Positions 14,294 to 19,751 of a stretch of DNA of 19,751 nucleotides are shown piece by piece. The stretch is from contig JBKQQE010000313.1 of the NCBI GenBank assembly GCA_052326245.1, forward strand, positions 1 to 19,751, written 5' to 3'. The notes beneath the pieces are model-generated. The model made no database searches and was not told where the DNA came from. It worked only from the letters and a program-made list of their open reading frames with translations. Both the position numbers and the translations under genes were made by a program. Numbering within the stretch: the first letter of the stretch is position 1; every line of letters starts with the position of its first letter. The DNA comes from Xanthobacteraceae bacterium. Its GTDB lineage: Bacteria > Pseudomonadota > Alphaproteobacteria > Rhizobiales > Xanthobacteraceae.

Positions 14294-14322
14294 AAAAAAA
14301 GTCCCCGCCAACGCGGGCGGGG
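14294..14322 (-). terminator. Rho-independent terminator of the ABC transporter operon
   Basis: The minus-strand transcript reads CCCCGCC-cgcgtt-GGCGGGG followed by ACTTTTTTT (plus-strand A-run at 14294-14300). It lies about 40 nt downstream of the permease stop at 14363. The same hairpin lies 30 nt after the plus-strand small ORF. Confidence 0.8.
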
Positions 14323-14362
14323 CTAGTTGGGAGGAAATGACCAAGATGGTAGGCTCACGGGC

Positions 14363-15355
14363 TCAGCTCTTCGCGCCAAGCGTGGAGGCGCCGTCCCAAC
14401 TGATCGGAAACAGCCGCCAACCGGTTCGCGCCTGCAGACTCCCCCAGAGTCCCCCGGGCGCCAGCAACATCACGATCATCGCCGTCGCTCCCTGGAAAAT
14501 CAGATACAGATCACCGGCGTCGCGGAACAACTCGCGCAGCGCAAAGTAGATCAAGGTGCCGATTACCGGCCCTTCGAGCGTGCCGACGCCGCCGACGATC
14601 ACGATGAACAGGATCTTGACCTGCCAATCGATATCGAAGCCACCCGAGGGATCCACATACAGCACCGACAGGTAGTAAAGGCCACCTGCCAGGCCGCAGA
14701 TCGCCGCGGAGAGTACGAAGGCGGCGAGTCTGTTGCGGGCGACCGCGATACCGACGCTGGCGGCGCCGTGTTCGTTGTCCCGGATCGCCATCAAGGTGAG
14801 CCCGACCCGGGTTCTGAGCAGCGCAAAGATGCCGATCTGGGTCGCTACGGCCAATGCCAGCGCGAGCCAGAACACGCTGTCGGAAAAGCTTGCGGGGTCG
14901 ATGGCCGAGGCGTTGAGCACGACGCCACGCGACGAGCCGGCCCATTCCCATTGCCCGAACAGCAACCTCAGGCTGTCCGCCAGCACCCAAATGCCGATGG
15001 AGAAATAGGCGTCGCGCAGGCGATGCAGCAGCAGCGCCATCACCAGCGCGGCCAGAATACAGACCAGCGCACCGGCGCCGAGGCTGAGATATGGCGATGC
15101 GCCGAGCGTGTTGACCGTCATGAACAGCGCATAGGCGCCGAGGCCGACAAAGGCGTGATGGCCGAACGACAGCAGCCCGGTATATCCGCACAGCAGATTC
15201 CAGCCCTGGGCCATGGCGAAGACCAGCAGCATTTCCTTGGCCAGTTGACGGTCCACCGGCAGAAACAGCGCGCCAGCGACAAGGCCCGCCATCATTGTCG
15301 CGGTCGGCAGAATGGTTCTGGCGTTCACGTTGATTTCCTTCAGAAGACCGTTCAC
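14363..15355 (-). CDS. Branched-chain amino acid/amide-type ABC transporter permease (LivM-like)
   Basis: This is the C-terminal part of ORF 14363..16240. Typical motifs are GYTGLLSFGHHAFVGLGAY, LMAIRDNEHGAASVGI and GGVGTLEGPVIG. The start is placed at GTG 15355, with GGAGG 5 nt upstream and a GTGA overlap with the upstream stop. ATG 15367 is an alternative. Confidence 0.8.
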   Translation of the reverse strand: MNGLLKEINVNARTILPTATMMAGLVAGALFLPVDRQLAKEMLLVFAMAQGWNLLCGYTGLLSFGHHAFVGLGAYALFMTVNTLGASPYLSLGAGALVCILAALVMALLLHRLRDAYFSIGIWVLADSLRLLFGQWEWAGSSRGVVLNASAIDPASFSDSVFWLALALAVATQIGIFALLRTRVGLTLMAIRDNEHGAASVGIAVARNRLAAFVLSAAICGLAGGLYYLSVLYVDPSGGFDIDWQVKILFIVIVGGVGTLEGPVIGTLIYFALRELFRDAGDLYLIFQGATAMIVMLLAPGGLWGSLQARTGWRLFPISWDGASTLGAKS

Positions 15356-16224
15356 CCGCGCCTCCATGCCAGCCGCACGGAAAGATCCATCTGCCTCGCC
15401 AGCAGGACGACGAAGAATGCGAGGTGACCGAACAGCGGCCCGGAATTGGGATTTATTCTCAACCCGACGACCTGCACGACGCCCAGGAACAATCCTCCGA
15501 GGAAGCAGCCCCGCAGCGAGCCCAGCCCGCCAATGATCACGACCTCGAAGGCGATCAAGAGCCGCTCGGCGCCGGAAAACGGCGAGAACGAGCTGCGCAT
15601 CGCCAGCAGCAGACCCGCGAGCGCCGACAACGTGACCGCCAGTCCCATGGCCGCGCTGTAGACCCTGCGCCGGTTGAAGCCGAGCGTTTCGAGAATTTCG
15701 AAATCGTCGGCGGCGGCGCGGAATGCGCGGCCGATGGTGGTGCGCGTCAGCAGAAAATTGGTCGCTACGAACAGTACGACGGCGGCAGCGAAGATCAGCA
15801 GCGGCAGAACGCCGATCGATACGCCGAAAATGTCCACCCCCGCATCCTGCAACGGCCCGACCTCGATCGAGCGAATGTTGGAGCCGTAGATCTTGACGAG
15901 CAGGTTGCGCAGCACGATCGACAGTCCGATGGTGACGACCATCCCTGGAACCGGGTTCGGTCCGAGCACTCTGTTCAGAAGCGCCGCCTGCAGCAGCCAG
16001 CCGAGTGCAAAGGCGGCGATGGCCACGCAGACGACCACTGCCACCAGCGGCAGCGGCGTCAGCGTCAGAAGCGAAACGCCGAGATAGGCCGCCAGCACGA
16101 TGAACTCGCCATGGGCGATGTTGACGACACGCATGATCCCGAAAGCCAGCGCCAGCCCCAGTCCGAACAAACCGTAAAGACCGCCGACCATCAGGCCGTT
16201 GATGAACGCCTCGACGAAGCTCAT
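15352..16224 (-). CDS. Branched-chain amino acid/amide-type ABC transporter permease (LivH-like)
   Basis: MSFVEAFINGLMVGGLYGLFGLGLALAFGIMRVVNIAHGEF is a typical LivH N-terminus, and IIGGLGSLRG is also present. ATG 16224 overlaps the restored livF-like stop as ATGA. Confidence 0.85.
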   Translation of the reverse strand: MSFVEAFINGLMVGGLYGLFGLGLALAFGIMRVVNIAHGEFIVLAAYLGVSLLTLTPLPLVAVVVCVAIAAFALGWLLQAALLNRVLGPNPVPGMVVTIGLSIVLRNLLVKIYGSNIRSIEVGPLQDAGVDIFGVSIGVLPLLIFAAAVVLFVATNFLLTRTTIGRAFRAAADDFEILETLGFNRRRVYSAAMGLAVTLSALAGLLLAMRSSFSPFSGAERLLIAFEVVIIGGLGSLRGCFLGGLFLGVVQVVGLRINPNSGPLFGHLAFFVVLLARQMDLSVRLAWRRG

Positions 16225-16929
16225 GAACCGCGATCTCCAAAATAGGCGTGCTTGATCTCCTCCAGCGTCACGGCCTGGGCGTTCCCGGCCAGCGTGACCC
16301 GCCCTTTCAGCAGGCAGTAGAGCCGGTGCGAGGAATTGCGCGCGCGTACGGTGTCCTGCTCGACGATCACGATCGATATGCCGCTGTCGCGAATGCCGGC
16401 GAAGCAGGAATATGATGTCGTTGATGACCTTGGGCGCCAGCCCGAGAGACAGCTCGTCGCACAACATCAGCCGCGGATTCGTCAGCAGCGCGCGCCCGAT
16501 CGCGACCATCTGCTGCTGGCCGCCGGAAATGTCCGAAGCCAGCTGACGCCGAAGCTCGCGCATGGCCGGAAACAGCGCATAGACCGACTGCAGCGTCCAT
16601 GGTCCGGGCCTGGCCCGCGCCATCCCCATCAGCAGGTTTTCCTCCACGGTGAGCGAGGAAAACAGCCGTCGGCCTTCCGGAACCAGCGCAACCCCGCGCC
16701 GCGCGATCAGGTCGCAGCGCTGGCGGGTGATGTCCTCTCCTGCAAGGATGATGTTGCCGCGCCGCGTCGGGGTCAGGCCGATGATCGCGCGCAGCAAGGT
16801 CGACTTGCCCGCGCCGTTGGCGCCGATGATGGCGATGGTCTCGCCTTCGTCGACATGGAGCGTCACGCCGAAGGTCGCCTGGAGATCGCCGTAGAAGACG
16901 TCAACGTCCTCAAGCGTGAGCAGGTTCAT
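16221..16929 (-). pseudogene. LivF-like ABC ATPase with an apparent 1-nt frameshift near 16391-16400
   Basis: The N-terminal part has Walker A (GANGAGKST), the signature SGGQQQ and Walker B (LMLCDELSLGL). After ...APKVINDIIFLLRR the frame turns into Arg-rich noise. Shifting by one base restores IRDSGISIVIVEQDTVRARNSSHRLYCLLKGRVTLAGNAQAVTLEEIKHAYFGDRGS*, a normal LivF C-terminus ending at 16221-16223. The span is 709 nt, which is 3n+1. Confidence 0.75.
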
Positions 16930-17647
16930 CGACCGAAATCCCCAGATAGACTTCCTGAACGGTGGGAGACGCCATCACCTCGGCGGGAATCCCCTCCATG
17001 AGCTTGGCGCCGAAGTGCAGCACCATGATGCGATCGGCCGCCGCTATCAGGGCGTGGGCGATGTGCTCGATCCAGATGACCGCGTGGTCGCGCTTGAGTG
17101 CCTTGACGATATCGACCAATTGGAAGACTTCGTGCTCGGTGAGGCCGCCGGCGATCTCGTCGAGCAGCAGCAGCTTCGTTCCGACACTCATCGCTTTTGC
17201 CAGCTCGAGGCGTTTGCGGTCGAGCAGCGGCAGGCCGCCGGCGATGAGATGCCGCTTGCCGGCGAGCCCGACGGTTTCCAGCACATCGAGCGCCTGCTGC
17301 CGCGGCGCGGTCCCGCCCTGGGCAGGGCGGTGTACCACGCCGGCCAGCACATTCTCGAAAACGGTCAGGCCGACGAACGGGCGCGGAATCTGAAACGCGC
17401 GGCCGATCCCTCGCCGGGCCCGGCGATACTGCGGCAGGCCGGTGATATCGACGCCCTCGAGCGCGACCTTGCCGGCGTTCGGCTGCACCGATCCGTCGAG
17501 CAGGTTGAAGAGGGTGGTCTTGCCGGCGCCGTTCGGTCCGATAATGCCAAGGCACTCGCCCGTTTCGACCGCAAAACTGACCTGATCGACCACCGTTTTC
17601 ACGCCATAGCGCTTTTCAAGACTCTCGACCGCGAGAATAGGCTTCAT
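16910..17647 (-). CDS. LivG-like ABC transporter ATP-binding protein
   Basis: Walker A GPNGAGKTT, Walker B LLLLDEIAGGL and H-loop WIEH. The start is placed at ATG 17647 (MKPILAVESL), with GAGGGGA upstream. The gene overlaps the livF-like start by 20 nt. Confidence 0.85.
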   Translation of the reverse strand: MKPILAVESLEKRYGVKTVVDQVSFAVETGECLGIIGPNGAGKTTLFNLLDGSVQPNAGKVALEGVDITGLPQYRRARRGIGRAFQIPRPFVGLTVFENVLAGVVHRPAQGGTAPRQQALDVLETVGLAGKRHLIAGGLPLLDRKRLELAKAMSVGTKLLLLDEIAGGLTEHEVFQLVDIVKALKRDHAVIWIEHIAHALIAAADRIMVLHFGAKLMEGIPAEVMASPTVQEVYLGISVDEPAHA

Positions 17648-17675
17648 TCCTGTCCCCTCGGACAAATAGATGAGA

Positions 17676-17700
17676 GGAGGCCGCCGTGTTGGCGGCCTCC
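17676..17700 (-). terminator. Intercistronic stem-loop after the binding-protein gene (attenuator or mRNA stabiliser)
   Basis: Perfect 10-bp stem GGAGGCCGCC (17676-17685) / GGCGGCCTCC (17691-17700) with a 5-nt loop. On the minus strand it is followed by the moderately T-rich tctcatctatttgtcc. It lies between the SBP stop (17723) and the livG-like start (17647). Confidence 0.5.
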
Positions 17701-17722
17701 CTTTCCGTACGCGTGGCGTGCG

Positions 17723-19060
17723 TCAGCTCAGCTCCGACAGTAGCTTCAGTTCGTCCTGCACCTCGAACCCAGTGGTGGCCCCCTTGTAGGTGACGCGCAG
17801 GTCGTATTTGTACTTGCCGGTCTTGGTCCTGCGCCACTGTCCCGCGACCAGGGCCGTCTTGGTTATCCCGGGTACGGGTCCGGTCGTGAAGTCGACCTTG
17901 CCAACCACCGTATCGAGGCTGGTCTTGGCGAAGGCGCTGCGCACCGCCTCCTTGTTCTTGGGATCGCCCGAGGCCTTGAGCGCATGCACCGCGACCTCCC
18001 ACAGCGCGTGCGTGTAGCCGAGCACGGGGGTCCATTGCGCACCCTGTTTGTCCTCCCATGCCGCCGCCAGCGCCTTTGCGCTCTCGCCGGTCAGGCTGGA
18101 GGCATATGGCAGTTGTGGCGACCACCAGATCTCGGTCGAAAGCCCGTCGCCGCGGTCGCCGAGCGCATCGATGCCGCCGGGAAACAGGAAGGCGCCGGCA
18201 ATGGTGACGATTTGGGGCTTGTAGCCGCTTTGTGCTGCACTCCGCCAGAAGGCGGCGAAATGGTTCGCGAACATGAAGCCCGTGAGCATCTGAGCGTCGG
18301 CGTTCTTGAACGTCGAAACCTGGTTGGAGAAATCGTCGGTCTCGAGCTTGAACATGCCGCCTTCGACCGTGGCGTATCCGCCGGACTTCAGCGCGGCCGG
18401 CAAACCGTGCTCCGGATCCGCGAAGCCGCGCGCCGCGGGCTGGTCGACATAGAACGTTCCGACCTTTTGGTTCGTGCGCTTTCTCACCGGCTCCCACATG
18501 CCGAGGTAGGCGGCGCCGATGTCGGCGGTCTCGAACAGAAAATGGAAGGTCCAGGGCGTACCGTTGTTGCTGTAGGCCTGTGGGCCGCCGCGCATCCCGA
18601 TCATCGCGTCGGATGGAAACAGCGTCGAGACCATCGGTGTCCGGTTGATCGTCGCCATCTGACCGCCGCCGACGGCGGCCAGGCCCTCGGGCGCCACGAT
18701 CAGATCGACCTTCTGCCGGGTGATCAGTTCGGTCACCGCCTGGGTTGCGACGTTGATCGAACTCTGGCTGTCGCGCAGCAGGACCTCCACGGCGTAGCGC
18801 TTGCCGCCGATTTCCAGTCCACCGGCGAAGATCTTGTCGAGCTGGGCTTTCACGAACGGCACGGCCTCGCCGAACAGCGCACCGGGCCCTGAAACAGCGG
18901 CGATCCAGCCGATGCGAATGGTCCCCGCTTCGGCAGCGTGCACCGCCGGAAAATACAGGCTGAGAGCTGAAGCGCCTGTCGTCAGCGCGGCGCCCTTAAT
19001 CAAACCGCGCCGCGACACGTTAATTCCGAGCGCGCGCGCGCTCTCCTTCACAATGCCCAT
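17723..19060 (-). CDS. ABC transporter periplasmic substrate-binding protein (LivK/amide-binding type) with a Tat-like signal
   Basis: 445-aa ORF with ATG 19060 and GAGGAGGAAA upstream. The N-terminus SRRGLIKGAALTTGASAL resembles a twin-arginine signal. The remainder looks like a type I periplasmic binding fold by eye. It is the first gene of the LIV-type operon. Confidence 0.8.
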   Translation of the reverse strand: MGIVKESARALGINVSRRGLIKGAALTTGASALSLYFPAVHAAEAGTIRIGWIAAVSGPGALFGEAVPFVKAQLDKIFAGGLEIGGKRYAVEVLLRDSQSSINVATQAVTELITRQKVDLIVAPEGLAAVGGGQMATINRTPMVSTLFPSDAMIGMRGGPQAYSNNGTPWTFHFLFETADIGAAYLGMWEPVRKRTNQKVGTFYVDQPAARGFADPEHGLPAALKSGGYATVEGGMFKLETDDFSNQVSTFKNADAQMLTGFMFANHFAAFWRSAAQSGYKPQIVTIAGAFLFPGGIDALGDRGDGLSTEIWWSPQLPYASSLTGESAKALAAAWEDKQGAQWTPVLGYTHALWEVAVHALKASGDPKNKEAVRSAFAKTSLDTVVGKVDFTTGPVPGITKTALVAGQWRRTKTGKYKYDLRVTYKGATTGFEVQDELKLLSELS

Positions 19061-19088
19061 GTCATTTCCTCCTCGGGTGCAGGACCTT

Positions 19089-19166
19089 TATGATCCAATC
19101 AATTTACCAAATCATATGATTGGTCTAGCGTTGAGTCAAACAAATGATTTGGTCAATCGACCAAAT
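19089..19166. promoter_or_regulatory. Cluster of palindromic operator-like sites in the divergent SBP/amidase intergenic region
   Basis: Imperfect palindrome ACCAAATCAT|ATGATTGGT (19106-19124). Perfect inverted repeat ATTTGGTC-aatc-GACCAAAT (19147-19166). The half-site TGATT(T)GG / CCAA(A)TCA recurs at 19095-19101, 19107-19114, 19117-19123, 19145-19152 and 19161-19166. The GT...AC-centred symmetry is reminiscent of GntR-family operators. Confidence 0.5.
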
Positions 19167-19223
19167 TCGCGCGCCGGGTGGTTGCCGCGATCCACGCGAC
19201 AGCCGACCGCCGGGAGGGAAACC

Positions 19224-19751
19224 ATGAAGAGCGAGATCTGGAGCTGGGACGCAGCGGCAACGGCGGCGGCGATCCGGGCGCGCAGGATTTCGAGCAGGGA
19301 AGCCGTTGAAGCAGCCCTCGAGCGTCTTCACCGCGTGAACCCCACCATCAATGCCGTGGTCGAGATCCTGGGCGACGAAGCGCTCGCAGCCGCGGACCAT
19401 GCGGACAGCAGATTGTCGCAAGGCGAAGCCTGCGGTCCGCTTCACGGCGTGCCGGTGACGACCAAGATCAACGTTGACGTCGCCGGCCATGCCACCACCA
19501 ACGGCCTGGTCGCGATGAAGGACGCCTTGGCGTCGGAGGACAGTGCGCCGGTTGCGGCGCTTCGCCGGGCCGGCACGATCATCATCGGGCGGACCAACGT
19601 TCCCGCGTTCTCCTACCGCTGGTTCACCGGCAATGACCTGCACGGGACTACGCGCAATCCGTGGGATCCAAAGCTCTCGCCGGGCGGCTCGAGCGGCGGC
19701 GCGGGCGCGGCAACCGCGGTGGGCATCGGCACCCTGGCCCATGGCAACGAC
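19224..19751 (+). CDS. Amidase-signature family enzyme (5' part; runs off the window end)
   Basis: ATG 19224 with GGGAGGGAA upstream. The frame is open for 176 codons to the window end. Motifs LHGVPVTTKINVDV, GRTNVPAF and the amidase signature GGSSGGAGAA are present. It is absent from the ORF track because there is no stop in the window. Confidence 0.85.
   Translation, partial: MKSEIWSWDAAATAAAIRARRISSREAVEAALERLHRVNPTINAVVEILGDEALAAADHADSRLSQGEACGPLHGVPVTTKINVDVAGHATTNGLVAMKDALASEDSAPVAALRRAGTIIIGRTNVPAFSYRWFTGNDLHGTTRNPWDPKLSPGGSSGGAGAATAVGIGTLAHGND

Noticed and set aside
14327-15427. 366-aa plus-strand ORF, with related plus-strand ORFs at 15424..16245, 16336..17001, 16916..17743 and 17984..18892
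   Set aside because: All are antisense to ABC-transporter genes that carry clear Walker, permease or binding-protein motifs. Their sequences are charged and low in complexity.
15352-16929. A genuine LivF-LivH fusion protein (525 aa)
   Set aside because: The 57-residue linker (HSRQRHIDRDRRAGHRTRAQ...) is out-of-frame noise. A one-base shift restores a complete, conventional LivF C-terminus with an ATGA overlap to livH.
19125-19742. 205-aa minus-strand ORF
   Set aside because: It is antisense to the amidase-signature CDS (GGSSGG motif, good SD at 19212-19220). It would also have to start within the truncated region.

Overview
This is a visibly GC-rich window. Its composition and the look of its proteins suggest a Bradyrhizobiaceae-like alphaproteobacterium, but that is inference, not a search result. 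The centre is a minus-strand copper membrane monooxygenase (CuMMO, pMMO/AMO family) locus embedded in copper-handling genes. In transcription order it contains: copC (10444-10815); copD fused to a cytochrome c and a Cys-less redoxin-like domain (8444-10447); two 75-bp CTAG-bounded palindromic elements (8256-8330, 8373-8447); a His/Met-rich periplasmic protein (7735-8223); pmoC-like (6663-7490); one continuous 688-aa ORF joining a PmoA-like and a PmoB-like subunit (4432-6498); and an exported, C-terminally anchored protein in the pmoD position (3823-4404). The copper ligands I recall from pMMO structures (CuB, CuC, CuD) are present with identical spacing. The A-B fusion, with the PmoB signal peptide retained internally, is the most unusual feature. 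The substrate (methane, ammonia or short alkanes) cannot be read from the sequence. Left flank: degP/htrA, a PAS-like hypothetical protein and a GT-A-like protein. Right flank: an esterase lipoprotein, a small hypothetical protein, a transglutaminase-like gene interrupted by an in-frame TGA, and a secreted Cys-rich protein with a GTGA-coupled 60-aa ORF. Further right lie a LIV-type ABC transporter operon, whose livF-like gene carries an apparent 1-nt frameshift, and a divergent amidase truncated by the window end. Many long ORFs in the track are antisense artefacts of high GC content.
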